Assembly (NCBI GenBank): GCA_951406725.2
Contig: OX597816.1
Span: 69,316,001 to 69,380,000, forward strand
Length of the DNA: 64,000 nucleotides
Direction of reading: 5' to 3'
Source: Octopus vulgaris
Taxonomy: Eukaryota
A program made the translations under genes and the position numbers. The notes below the pieces were generated by a model. It did no database searches. It saw only the letters and a program-made list of their open reading frames with translations, and was not told the DNA's origin. Positions 27,870-40,456 of the stretch are shown piece after piece (positions within the stretch are counted from its first letter, which is position 1; each line of letters opens with the position of its first letter).

Positions 27870-28112
27870 GTGGAGGCGCGTGGCTTGGGAGTCAGCACCA
27901 TGATCGTAAGATTGTGGCTTCGATTCCTGGACCCGGCGACACGTTTATGTTCATGAGCAAAACATTTCGTTTCACGTTGATAGAGTCCACTCAGCTGGCA
28001 AAAATAAGTAACGCTGCGAAGGACTGGCGTCCCGTCCAGCTGGGGAACGCATACGCTATTGAAATCAGGAAACCGGGCCCATGAGCCTGGCTAGGCTTTA
28101 AAAGGGCTCATT
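27870..28112 (+). mobile_element. tRNA-derived SINE (head 2 + tail Z) inserted into the duplicated segment
   Basis: ggaggcgcgtggctt...catgatcgtaagattgtggcttcgattcc...gtccactcagctggcaaaaat; absent from the 26376 copy. Confidence 0.8.
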
Positions 28113-28289
28113 AATTTTTTAATACTTGAAGTACGTTAATGTAGTCAAATAAAGTTTCATAAATAAAAAGTATAAAAGCATTTACGCGCTTCTTGTTGAC
28201 CGAAATGTAACTTTCAAAATATCACTAATATATAAAACAATGTAACGGTAATTATCATAACATCACTTAAAACTATAAAACAAGATAAT

Positions 28290-28985
28290 GTCGGCTCCCG
28301 TGTCCAAAGGACTACTTATAGACACAACCTCGAATGGAGAAAAGGCAAAATCGACCTCGGGCAAGTTTGAACCTACGATGCAAACTAAAAGGCAATTTAT
28401 CCGAGACGCTAACAACTCTGTTCGCTGCCTTTTATTAACAATACTACTTTCAAGATTTAGTACAAGGCTAGTAATTACGGGGGTGGGGAGGAAAGGCAAG
28501 TACATCGACACCGGTTCTCAAGTGATACTTAAATTATTGACTCTAAAAGTGCGAAAAAGAAAACCGATCTTGACAGATTTTAAAATATTATTTTCTACTA
28601 TAGGCACAAGGCTTGAAATTTGGAGAAGGGAGCGATAGTAGATTACATACCCCAGTACTCAACTGGTACTTAATATATCGAACCCGAAAGGATGAAAGGC
28701 AAAGACGACCTCGGCGGAATTTGAACTCAGAACGTAACGGCAGACGAAATACCTATTTCTTTACTACCCGCAAGAGGACAAACACAGAGAGGACAAACAA
28801 GGACAGACAAACGGAGTAAGTCGATTGTATGGACACCAGTACGTAACTGGTACTTATTTAATCGACCCCGAAAGGATGAAAGGAAAATGTCGATCTCAGC
28901 GGAATTTGAACTCAGAACGTAACGGCAGACGAAATACCACTAAGCATTTCGCCCGGCGTGCTAACGTTTCTGCCAGCTCGCCGTC
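28290..28985 (-). mobile_element. SINE family B cluster, including a younger partial dimer at ~28600-28985
   Basis: ggaatttgaactcagaacgtaacggcagacgaaatacc occurs twice; head ctgccagctcgcc at the right end. Confidence 0.85.
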
Positions 28986-29437
28986 TCACTGCAATACCAG
29001 CTGGCCTAGAAGGCATTTGAACACAAAGTAAAACCTATTACTATGGACAAAATATTCTTAATGAAAACATCTAGTTATAAAATATAAACAAGGCTATGAT
29101 TTCAGAAATCTTTTTATTTTTCGTAGAAAACTATTTGACGCCGCCGTCTTTTAATATAAATCTTCATCGTGTACTTTAAGTTTCATTAACAATAAAACTA
29201 TAGAGTTCAAGAAACTTTATAGATCATTACTAATTTACACAAAGCTACATTATTACGCATGCAAAGTTGTACACAACTTTTAACGTTAAGACATGGAAAT
29301 CGGACAGTTTATACCATTAATCATTTCGATAACGAATCTAATTTACTATTTAACAATGATGCTCATGAGACTTTAACTTATATAAGAATTTTGCATCCGT
29401 ATAGCTCAATGATATGCACCATATATATAACAATATA

Positions 29438-29667
29438 TGGCGGCGAGCTGGCAGAAACGTTCGCACGCCGGCCGAAATGCTTTGCGGTATTTCGTCCGAC
29501 GCTACGTTCTGAGTCCAAATTCCGTAGAGGTCGACTTTCCCTTTCACCCTTTCGCGGTCGATAAATCAAGTACCAGTTACGCACTAGGTCGATGTAATCG
29601 ACTTAATCCGTTTGTATGTCCTTGTTTGTCCCCTCTGTGTTTCGCTCCTTGTGGGTAGTAAAGAAAT
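29438..29667 (+). mobile_element. SINE family B with TSD
   Basis: ggcggcgagctggcagaaacg...gtgggtagtaaagaaata, flanked on both sides by atatatataacaatat. Confidence 0.9.
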
Positions 29668-29854
29668 ATATATAACAATATTTTGCATCCTTTTAACTGC
29701 ATTGCACTATCTTATTCTGCATGCGTTATCACTATTCAATGTAGTATGATATTATACATATCATATTTACTAGTTATATGCAAAGTCTCCACATGAAAGT
29801 CCATGCCATTGGTTTGGATAGATACGTAGTCTTTGATAAAAATAGCGAAGTGCA

Positions 29855-30000
29855 AGCAAGGCTGTGTGGCCAAAAATCTCGCTTTCAAGACATTTTCCTG
29901 ATTCAGCCCAAGTGCACGAAATCGTGTTTTCAAAAATATATTCGGACCGACAAATCACTTGTGAGTAAATGTGATAGATGGAAATTGTGTGGAAGCCTGC
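29855..30000 (+). mobile_element. Decayed SINE family A head (its tail continues after the family B insert, ~30640-30680)
   Basis: ggctgtgtgg...ttcagccca...gaccgacaaatcacttgtgagtaaatgtgatagatggaaattg. Confidence 0.55.
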
Positions 30001-30237
30001 CACACATACACACACACACATACACATACACACACACACACACATGTCATTGGTTTCATGTAAAGAAATATCTTAACAAATTTCAGTCTAAACCAATGGT
30101 ACTTTAATATATAGATAAACAAACGTTATACATCACTTGTTTACGTGCGCGTGACTGAGCGCTTCGGCAAAATATCTCGATAGAATAAGTACTCAGTTTG
30201 TTCGTCTAAAACAGTCCTTCATAGTTCCCCAGGAAAT

Positions 30238-30630
30238 AGCGGCGAGCTGGCACGCCAGACGAAATGCGTAGCGGTATTTCGCCTGAGTTCAAATTCCGCC
30301 GAGGTCGACTTTGCCTTTCATCCTTTCGGGGTCGATAAATTAAGTACCAGTTAAGCACTGGGGTCGATATAATCGACTTAATACCTATGTCTATCCATGT
30401 TCGTCTCCTCTATGTTTAGCCCCCTGTGGGTAATAAAGAAATAGGTATTTCGCCTGCCATTACGTTCTGAGTTTAAATTCCGCCGATGTCGACTTTGTCT
30501 TTCATCCTTTCGGGGTCGATACATTAAGTACCAGTTACGCAATGGGGTCAATGTAATCGACTTAATCCGTTTGCCTGTCCTTGTTTGTTCCCTCTATGTT
30601 TAGCCCCTTGTGGGTAGTAAAGAAATAGGT
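30238..30630 (+). mobile_element. SINE family B dimer with 11-bp TSD
   Basis: Two tandem bodies; TSD gttccccagga at 30224-30234 and 30632-30642. Confidence 0.9.
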
Positions 30631-31017
30631 TGTTCCCCAGGATGACAGCAGTTCAGTAAGTGAAAGAAGTAAAAGATAATCATAAACCTCATAGTACTCA
30701 ATTGCCCTCAATAATTATCCATTGTTTAATCTTGCTCCATATATTGCGGCCATACATTGTACATTTTTCTTACCGGATCTTTCATAGTGTAGCCTGATAA
30801 GCTGTAGAATCTTTTCACGACAGCTATGCAACAGAATGGATACTGTATTCTATTTCAGTAACAATGTTATATGTTATAGACCAGATAGCGATTTTCAAAA
30901 ATCGTCAAAGGATAGGTAAATGCGTACCAAAATAGATTGAACAATTATTTTAGGAATATATGCTTTCTAGTTTCAAGCCAGAAACAATGACAAATTTAGA
31001 TCATTGCTTCATCTTAA

Positions 31018-31065
<48 letters not shown>

Positions 31066-31255
31066 AACATTATTTTACCACACACCGAACGATTAGAAAT
31101 AGCAACCAAAGAATTTAGCTATTTCCTCTACTTTAAGAAGTTTAGATAATGTTTAAATTTACCGTAAATGGTCCTTTTACATACTGAACACTACTTGGTA
31201 AAATTATTAATTATTAATTAATTAATTGATTAATTTTACCCTCATTATTATTGAC

Positions 31256-31258
<3 letters not shown>
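31066..31258. mobile_element. (TA)n-embedded relative of the 560-bp HHR unit, made of one inverted and one forward piece
   Basis: 31074-31125 is the diverged reverse complement of 50274-50325. 31160-31241 matches 49815-49882 in forward orientation. Confidence 0.7.
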
Positions 31259-31292
<34 letters not shown>

Positions 31293-31715
31293 GCATATAC
31301 ATTATTCATAAAGATATATGTAAATATATATATTTACACATATAAATGCACACACACACACGCACACACATATATGTATATAGATATATGTGTGTGTGTG
31401 TTCAAAGGTGTCATGTACTTAAATTATAGTCACTAATGTTGGGTCGAATTAACATCTTTAACCGTATAAATACCATGTGCACCAAAGTACATCTAGGGAA
31501 AAATTGTGGCTATATATACAGAAAATTTAACACTTAATAGGCTATTTTTATAGCCTATGAGCTAATCCAAAAGTTTACGTTCTAATCATCGTACGTTATT
31601 TTATATACTCCAGAATATCCGATGTGTTAGAGTTCCAGTGAGGTGTATTATGAACAAATACATAAATAAATAACAAACAATGGAGATACGCGTCACTTCA
31701 TTTCTTATATATATA

Positions 31716-32111
31716 CTAGCAGTATCGCCCGGCGTTGCACGGGTTTGTAAGGGAAATAACTATATAAGCATTTTTAGAGATGTAAAGTATAATAGCCATC
31801 TCAATATGGCTAACCACATAGGCGGGGTGTTACTGTAGCTTTTTACGTTCTGAGATTTAATAATAAATTTTTAGAGAGTTACTTCCCTTATATATGCCAA
31901 AAATTCATTAAAAATGGGAAAAATTGATGGTAATTTTTTTTTTAAATCGTTGACTCATCGTAGACGCGCGCTAATACCCAGCAGGGCTCGATATGAATCA
32001 CGACTATAAGATACCCGGTTTTGGTTAAACTGCACCGCAAAATGTGGGAGTAGTTAGGAATCTAAATCGTAGGAGACAGACAGCACACGACCTCTCTTTT
32101 ATATATAAAGA
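31716..32111 (-). mobile_element. Non-autonomous Helitron
   Basis: Minus strand begins TC (32111-32110), ends with hairpin cccgtgcaacgccggg followed by CTAG (31716-31719), and is inserted between A and T without a TSD. Confidence 0.85.
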
Positions 32112-32129
32112 TATACATTATATATCTAT

Positions 32130-32512
32130 TCTTTGTTTTTTTTTGTTTCGGTAATTTGATCGCGGCCATGCTGGAGCACCACCTTTAGTCAAACAAATTG
32201 ACTCTAGGACTTATTCTTTGTAAGTCTGGTATTTATTCTATCGTTCTCTTTTACCGAACTGCTAAGCAACGCACCGACATCGGTTCTGAAGTGACAGTGG
32301 GGGAACAAAGACATACACGCATACACACACAAACAACCAACCGCACACACCTATATAAATATTTATATATACGACGGGCTTCTTTCAGTTTCCGTCTACC
32401 AAATCCACTCACGCGGCTTTGGTCGGGCCGAGGCTATAGTAGAAGGCAGTTGTTCAAGGGGCCACGCAGTCGGACAGAGCCCGGAAACATGTGGTTGGTA
32501 AGCAAGCTACTT
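32130..32512 (-). mobile_element. SINE family A interrupted by a 2-kb insertion (remaining head at 34536-34572)
   Basis: Family A sequence stops at gtaagcaagctactt and resumes as gtaagcaagttacttactacacagtcactcctgcgcct. Confidence 0.9.
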
Positions 32513-34535
32513 TATTTCATAAAATTTGTCATATACACAGTACAAAGAGTGTGTAGCTTTGCGGGTTGGACAAACACGTTAATGAATGAAAATGAAATAA
32601 AATGAATAAATGAGAAACGAAACCCAACACCCGCCGATTGGATTTTCCTCAAAAACATATTTCCTTTCTTCCAAAGATCAATATGAGGTTTCTTACAAGA
32701 AGGAGGCACTAAAACCTCTTACTTAACATGTTTCTTAAACACACATTTGAGGTTATAAAGCACTACAAATAATACAATAAGATGAGGTTTGAAACCCTCT
32801 AACGAGGCTTTTTCACCTCCTACTCATCGATATATTCATCATTTTCTTCAATGCCGCTTGAGTTCCTGTAGCCCGCCATTTCCCATGCCTCACTCATGTA
32901 GGACGTGTAAGTCGTGTAAAGGCCACCCGGTCATATGCAACACTCCTCCCCACATCCCTTAAGCCTTTCCCACAAGGGAAAACTTATGACCTCCACAGCT
33001 AGCTGCAGAAGCCATTCAGGATCCCGTGTGAAGGGCTTATCTACTGTCTCTTTATGTTCTTCTACTATTTTCCGCCTCCCTGTGCTTGGGACATAAAGAC
33101 GGCACATCCTCTCCCCCCTGCAATGACTCGTTTTTCTTTCTTTTTTTTGTTTCTTTCCTGACTTCGGGTGAGTGGAGCTCTTCCGCTTTGTCCGGAGTCT
33201 CTCCCCCACCTCCCGAAGCCTTAGGATCCTTCGGCAGGCAACTATTGCTGCCCGACTTCTTCCTTTTTAATTCTCTTTGGGTTGAGGAGGTTCCAACCTC
33301 TTCAACCACATCTACCTCTCCCTTTGACCGGGTAGGGGAGGTGGCATCCAGTGACTGTTCCAGGACCTTACCATGGTCCTGGGGGCAGTTCCCTTTAATG
33401 TGGCCTGGCTGCAGGCACGAGTGACACTTGGGGGGACGTCCCTCAAGTATCACCGGATACCTGCAGCCAGCCATTTAAAAAAAAAGCTGGAAAAACCAGA
33501 TCTGTAGCAGTCGATGGGGTCCACAGGGTCAAAATCGCTTTTGACCCTCCCCAATCGACCGCCCGTAATACCCTTACATTTAAGAGCCTGGGCCTCCTAT
33601 CCACCAGTCCCCGTCGGATAGTATCTTCAATCCAACCCGCCTCGGTGCCTCGAGACAACCAACATACCCAGGCTCTTATTAATTTTTTCCCCGCAGTACG
33701 ACGGAAGGAACAGAATTTCGTTGCCCTCTAAAGGCTGACTCGCAAATGTGCGAGCCTTTTCCCGGTTGTCAAACAGCAACCATACGGTTGCATGTTTGAC
33801 ACCACGGGATAGGTATTTCACAGAGGACAAATAGTCTTTCAGTTCATTTTCTATAACTGGTTTTGAGAAGACGGTGATGGAATCAAGAACTTTAGAATAA
33901 GTTCTAACCACCACCGTCCTCTGCTCCATAACTTTTAACCACTGCTTAGGCGGGTCAATTTTCTTCTCCAAGACAGAGTTCTTCATTTTAAGTTCCTTCT
34001 CTACCATGTCCAAAAAAAAAAAAACAGTTCAAAAGTAGTTCAGAAAACAGTCCGCCAAGAAATTAAAAGCGAATAAAAATAGAAGTAAAACAAAATAAAT
34101 GAGAAGGAAAGGAAACTGAAATTAAAATAACGAAAAGATTGAACCAAAATTTAGAAAGAAAAATTGGAAGAAGGGAAAAATAAAATAAAAACGTCACGAA
34201 TAGAACAGACAGTGAATCCATTGTATAATACTACAACAGGTAATGCAATAGTCGGGGCTATACTTGAAGTACTACAGTTCGGTAAAATTCCACTTTTTCT
34301 AGATACGCCCACTAGAATTTACAAATTATTTGGCGACAAAAAGGCCACACCAAAGAATTTTCAAAAAATTCTTAATTCGCCGTTATGGTGATGAGAACAC
34401 AATATTTTTGCTCGCTATAACGAGCCATAATTGACAGTTTTTCTTTTTGTTCTTTTTTCTATTCCTGGAGCCAAACTCACGTCTTCTCACTGTAACACAC
34501 CAGACCAACTAGTGTTGCATTCTGGGTAACCGGAA
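32513..34535 (-). mobile_element. ~2.0-kb ORF1-only (non-autonomous) non-LTR retroelement with 15-bp TSD
   Basis: TSD gtaagcaagctactt (32498-32512) / gtaagcaagttactt (34536-34550), 14/15 match. One frameshifted gag-like ORF and no RT or endonuclease. Confidence 0.8.
33052..34007 (-). pseudogene. Frameshifted LINE ORF1/gag-like protein with CCHC zinc knuckle
   Basis: Three overlapping minus-strand ORFs (33627-34013, 33443-33658, 33052-33474) join into one reading. EGRPPKCHSCLQPGHIKGNCP is CX2CX4HX4C, followed by a basic low-complexity tail. Confidence 0.8.
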
Positions 34536-34537
34536 GT
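34510..34537 (-). promoter_or_regulatory. Putative internal promoter at the element 5' end (ETS-like CCGGAAGT plus ZNF143/Staf-like CCCAGAATGCA)
   Basis: Plus strand reads tgcattctgggtaaccggaagt exactly at the insertion boundary. Motif match only. Confidence 0.35.
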
Positions 34538-34640
34538 AAGCAAGTTACTTACTACACAGTCACTCCTGCGCCTCTCTCTCTATATATATGCATATTTATT
34601 TATGTATATTATATACATAATGTATATTACGAACATAATT

Positions 34641-34704
<64 letters not shown>

Positions 34705-34747
34705 CATATAGATATAGATGTATATGTATGTATGTATATATGTATAC

Positions 34748-34791
<44 letters not shown>

Positions 34792-34982
34792 GGTCCCGGG
34801 TTGATTCGGGGTTAACCACAGTAAATAAGGTACTCAATACATATAAAATTAATTTATTATAATAGAAGGAGTTTACAGGATAGTACTGTATATATTTCTC
34901 TGAATAAACAGTTCTAGTCCTGTATATATATAATAAATATATATATATATATATATATATACTAAGAATAAATTTACACGAA

Positions 34983-35026
34983 CACAGACCGAATTTAGAA
35001 ATAGCTATTTCTAAATTCGGTCTGTG
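34983..35026. repeat. Perfect 44-bp palindrome inside a (TA)n-flanked element (~34961-35152)
   Basis: cacagaccgaatttagaaatag|ctatttctaaattcggtctgtg. Confidence 0.95.
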
Positions 35027-35148
35027 GTAAGGCAATTTGCTAAACCCTTTATTGCTTAGTATTACTTAAATTTTCCTCGAATGAGGCTTTTAGGTACTTG
35101 GTGTAATTGATAATTATTTCAAATTAATTAATTTCACCCTTCATTATT

Positions 35149-35212
<64 letters not shown>

Positions 35213-35213
35213 T

Positions 35214-35517
35214 ACAAAAGTATTAAGGAATCACCCAACAGGTCGTTCAACTCAATTGAAAAGAGCAGCTAAACTCAAACCGTAAAAATAGTAGTAATTC
35301 TGAAAACTAAAGCCAATCGTAAACGGATTTAATTTAATTTAATTTAATTCGATTGCGTAAAAATTGTTGAAACCTTGCAGGGTACAAAGTTGAAAGGGAT
35401 AAATATTTTTATTTCTCCTTTAGTTTTCAGAATTACTACTATTTTTGCGGTTTGAGTTTAGCTGCTCTTTTCAAGTGAGTTGAACGACCTGTCAGGGTCA
35501 TTCCTTAATACTTTTGT
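35214..35517. repeat. Inverted repeat with ~100-bp arms and ~105-bp spacer, next to (TA)n
   Basis: 35214-35312 is the near reverse complement of 35418-35517. Confidence 0.9.
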
Positions 35518-35624
35518 TGAATATATTATATAGTCTGTGACTATTTCTATTTTCTCACTTGACCGCTGGTTGCAGAAAATTTTTCTTGAATTTTTCTTGA
35601 ATTCTTTTGCTACCCTTATATTGA

Positions 35625-35680
<56 letters not shown>

Positions 35681-36298
35681 TAAACTCGGCGCTCCAACAA
35701 TGCCGCTGTCAAATGACTGAAGCAAGTAAATGAAATAAAAAGATGTTTGCGTGTATCTGTACGTGAATGTCTGTAACTCGTATAAAACTGAATGAAAGAA
35801 AGTGTATGTGCCTGGATGGTGTGCATACTGTTTGTGTATTTCTTTAAGAGATAATATTGTGTAAGACTTATTCACTGCCAACTTTTCTAAGACCTACCAA
35901 GAGACATATGAATTTAGATAACATAACATTTATTTCATATGATCCGCTTTGAGAACGCGTTGTCTATAGTCTAGTGCAACGAATCAGAAGTGTCATTGCG
36001 TCTAAAAAATTATTTGACGGCATTCATTGTACATTTCAGTTCTACGTAATAAAATGATACAATAAATATTAAAATACATATTAAAGTAAAATCGTGAATA
36101 TTATTAACCTGGAGAGGTTTGTAGGAATTGCGGTGGGAGTTATGCAATAGTTGAACAAGTAATATATATGCGACGTCTAAATTTTTTATCAGTGACAGCA
36201 ACACAGACACTGTTCACTCTAAGTGTCAAAAAATACACACACACACCAGTTCTACTGACAGTTTATATCTCATGTTTATATGATGATATATAAAAGGT

Positions 36299-36609
36299 GT
36301 GGAGGCGCAATGGCCCAGTGGTTAGGACAGTGGACTCGCGGTCGTAGGATCGGGGTTTCGATTCCCAGACCCGGCGTTGTGAGTGTTTATTGAGCGAAAA
36401 CACCTAAAGCTCCACGAGGCTCCGACAGGAGGTGGTGGCAGTCCCTGCTGTACTCTTTCGCCACGACTTTCACTCACTCATTCTTCTGTTGGCCTGCTCG
36501 CTTAGCCAGCCGGGTAGCGTCGTTTGAAGGCTAAAACAATGCGAAGCGCATTGTGACCAGCGATATGTAGCAACATCTGATAGTGTGGTCGGTCACGGTG
36601 ATCACGGTG
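36299..36609 (+). mobile_element. tRNA-derived SINE (head 1 + tail Y) with TSD
   Basis: First ~180 bp match 25858, then a different tail; TSD atataaaaggt at 36288-36298 and 36610-36620. Confidence 0.9.
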
Positions 36610-36854
36610 ATATAAAAGGTATAATCATGTGGATAGTGAAGTGTGTTAGAAGATCCTATTTCGAAAACATGGTTGCGTTTGTTTCCCTACTTTGTAATCT
36701 ATACCAGCGGGAGCTAACCAAGGCCTTCTCACAGAAATTTGGTTGAACAAAACTGTGCGGATCTGTCCCCCACCTCTGCCTGTGTCTCCCACCTCTCCCT
36801 TTCTCTCTCATGTGCACACACACATACACACCTAGATACGAATTTATACACATA

Positions 36855-37299
36855 CTCTTTTACTCTTTTCACTTTATTCAGTCATTTGACTGTGGCCATG
36901 GTGGAGCACCGCCTTTATAGTCGAGCAAATCGACCCCAGAGCTTATTCCTTGTAAGCTTATTACTTATTCTATCGGCCTCTTTTGCCGAAGTTACGGGGA
37001 CGTAAACACACCGGCATCGGTTGTCAAGCAATTTTGGGGCGTAGGACAAACACAGACGCGTAAATATATGCACACACACACATATATATATATACATATA
37101 TATACGACGGGTTTCTTTCATTTTCCGTCTACCAAATCCACTCACATGGCTTTGGTCGGCCCGAGGCTATAATAGAAGACTGTTGCCCAAGGTACCATGC
37201 AGTGGGACTGAACCCTTGACCATGTGGTTGGTAAAGAATCTATTTACCACACAGCCTCTCCTGCCCCTAGCTACTTACCACGCAGCCACTCTTGCGCCT
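36855..37299 (-). mobile_element. SINE family A with duplicated 5' head
   Basis: taccacacagcctctcctgcccct is followed by agctacttaccacgcagccactcttgcgcct. Confidence 0.9.
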
Positions 37300-37920
37300 C
37301 ACACACACACACACATACACACACACAAACACATAAGTATGTATGTACCTGTACGCTAAATTAATGTGAGGTAAACAAACCATCATAAATCGCCAAGTGA
37401 CGGATAGGGGCAAAAAACAATGGAAAACGTACATATTACCATAAGAGAGAAATTTTCCGCGATAACTGCAGCGAATTTGCCTTTAGAAGTTGAAATTCGT
37501 CACGAACTTATTTTAAATAACCTAAAGATCGTCTATGCTGAAACACTGCTCGGTGCTGATATATAAATCATATTCGGGATCTAATTTTTATTTTTCAAAT
37601 ACATAACAGTTGACATTGTGGTTTACTTGTCTTAGCTCATTTCTATTTCGTTTAGGTAACATACCAGAGCCAGATATGGGTTCGACTTTTTTCTTCATGT
37701 TTCAGAATATTCTATTAGAGACAGCATAGGGCAGCTACTGTGACATCGGCGACTATTGATGCTGGAATATGTACTTCCAGAAGTCCTGTTGTGCCCTCTC
37801 GGGGACTGTCCGTAAGTATTTGACAGGTCAACTCTGTAGAAAACTTCATTCTTGAGAGTATACGAATATACATATATTTATATGTATATATATATATATA
37901 TAAATGTGTGTGTGTCTGTG

Positions 37921-37953
<33 letters not shown>

Positions 37954-37966
37954 GCATGTAATCATT

Positions 37967-38005
<39 letters not shown>

Positions 38006-38034
38006 TTACAACAACATAATCAAATGTTGACAAC

Positions 38035-38202
38035 AGGCGCAGGGGTGGCTGTGTGGTAAGTAGCTTGTTTACCAGCCACATGGTTCCGGGTTCAGTCCCA
38101 CTGCGTGGCACCTTGGGCAAGTGTCTTCTACTATAGCCTCGGGCCGACAAAAGCTTTGTGAGTGGATTTGGTAGACGGAAACTGTGAAAGAAACCCGTCG
38201 TA

Positions 38203-38242
<40 letters not shown>

Positions 38243-38470
38243 CGTGTATGTTTGTGTGTCTGTGTTTGTCCCATCCAACATCGCTTGACAACCGATGCTG
38301 GTGTGTTTATGTCCCCGTCACTTAGCGGTTCGGCAAAAGAGACTGATAGAATAAGTACTGGCCTTACAAAGAATAAGTCCCGGGTTCGACTTGCTCGATT
38401 AAAAGGCGGTGCTCCAGCACAGCCGCAATCAAATGACTGAAACAAGTAAAAGAGTAAAAGAGTAAAGAGT
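38035..38470 (+). mobile_element. SINE family A, full length
   Basis: Head aggcgcaggggtggctgtgtggtaag...ggttcagtccc, CORE-like ccttgggcaagtg, and a (gagtaaaa)n tail. Confidence 0.92.
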
Positions 38471-38513
38471 ATGTATACATGCAGACACACGTATCTTTAT
38501 ATATATATATATA

Positions 38514-38738
38514 CAGGTGGTGGAAAAATTAGGTATACAGTAAGCATCTCATTAATGTTATAATACCTAATTCGTTAAAATTATTAGCACAGTAAATTAG
38601 TTACCCTCATTTTTGATATTTTTGTTGTCAGTACTCATAATAAAACTTCTATCGTAACTAATTCTTTTGGTAAAAAGTAATGAGTATTGTACGTGTTTTC
38701 TTTTTCCATAACTGTATACCTACTTTTACATCACCCTG
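38514..38738. mobile_element. Tc1/mariner-type MITE
   Basis: ~28-bp imperfect TIRs caggtggtggaaaaattaggtatacagt / actgtatacctacttttacatcaccctg, flanked by TA. Confidence 0.8.
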
Positions 38739-40456
38739 TATATATATATATCCACATATATAATGCGTAGTTGCATATGTATACATTTCTATATTTCGAT
38801 AACATCACAAAATTTATAGTCATTTTTCCTAAGCATATAATTTATTTTATTTACGGCGTACATACGTGCCTGGGAATAGTTATTTCTGATGAAAAACAAT
38901 TGACGTATCTATGATAGTAACACGTGGAAAATTATGTGACAATGCAATTTCTTCGTGACAAAAAATAATCCATTTCCTCTTATAATCTCTTTCCTATTTT
39001 CCTATTATTATAATGATTAATATTTCATATTTTCATACAAATAACATCAAGGGAACTTTATACAATAGCAAAAATTGTATACTTTATTATCCTATTAATG
39101 CTACATTTTATTACATTAATAATGGTATGTTTTGTTATTCTACTAATGGTACATTTTAATATATTGCTTCGGAGATGAAGAGTTCGTGTAATCACGTTTT
39201 GACTAGGTTACTATTATAGAGTTATTTATACCTGAGAATCAAAAGCATTTTTGATATATAATCTACTCACATTATTTAGTGTATGTTTGTTTATGTGTCG
39301 AACAGAAAATATAAAACAACAGATGAAGGGAAGACCAGTTATTGATGCGGTAAATCTATTACATAATTTAAATTAATTCTTCTTAATAATAGAATACTGC
39401 AGACAGCACAAGAATGTATTTCCTTTTAATGCTTACATTTCACACAAAATTTTGAGAGAATTCCTTAATAGAAAACAAATTCCAACACTCTGGCAAATAT
39501 TCTAATTTACACTAATTATCACACACATATGCTTTCACTCTGTCTTCAGCAACTAAACTAAAACACTTTGTATTACCATAGTGAAACCATCCTTCACATT
39601 TCTCTTCGCAGTAATCTCTAGTATCTGACCAATAAAATCTTCCTTCATCAAAAGAGAATGGTCTGTTGAGTACTCCAGCCCTAAGAAACCATTTTGGAAG
39701 ATAGTTGTGTAATCATTTCAAATGTGTGATAATCGCATTTCACATAGTTTTTAATGTGAGTATACTCGATCCTGTATTGCTCTGGATCTAGATGTCAACA
39801 ACGACAACATCTTTATTAAAGACATAGATGAAATCCTATTTCTTTGCTCAGCGTTGTAACTTTCTTTCTATTTATTTCTTTGTATTTCTTAGAAAGAACA
39901 ATATGAACGTGTAAAAGCTGACCATCAAGCCAATCAAACTCTGAAGTCTATGAAATATTTGATTGCGAGGTGAGAATAAAAGCACTTCACTTCTCTTGGA
40001 ACTAAATTTAAATCCTACATTACTGTCAGTTGACTATAGGTCGCCACTTAAGCGAATAAATATTACACGTAGGAGATAGTAGCTATTACTTCATATGATT
40101 GATTTTCAAAAGTGACAATTGTAATGTATGACGAATAATGTAACTTTATGATAAGTTCGCAGTAAACTGTGTCTCTTCAATGTTTTCAGGTTTGTCTGAA
40201 TTAATTTTCCTTCACTCGTGCCACTAACGGTTCTTGGAAAGATCTGTATCTTAAAGCATCAAGATTTTGTTTCTTGTAGATAGAATTCTGTCATGATCGA
40301 ATTTCCTTAACTTGCAAACGTTTAAACATTATAAAAGGTAATCCCGCGCTTTGCCTGTATGTAAATCTGATTTTGTGAAATTGGTCGCAAAAAAAGCGCA
40401 AAAGATGATAAAAGCATGGGTGGTAAATATGGATGAATCAAGAGGGTTTAAATTGC

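Noticed and set aside
33086-33424. 112-aa plus-strand ORF and 34164-34391 ORF within the 2-kb element
   Set aside because: Antisense shadows of the ORF1 element with no independent motif.
37656-37817. Exon-like segment between tttcgtttag and gtaagt
   Set aside because: Stops in all three frames and no partner exons; cannot be supported without RNA data.
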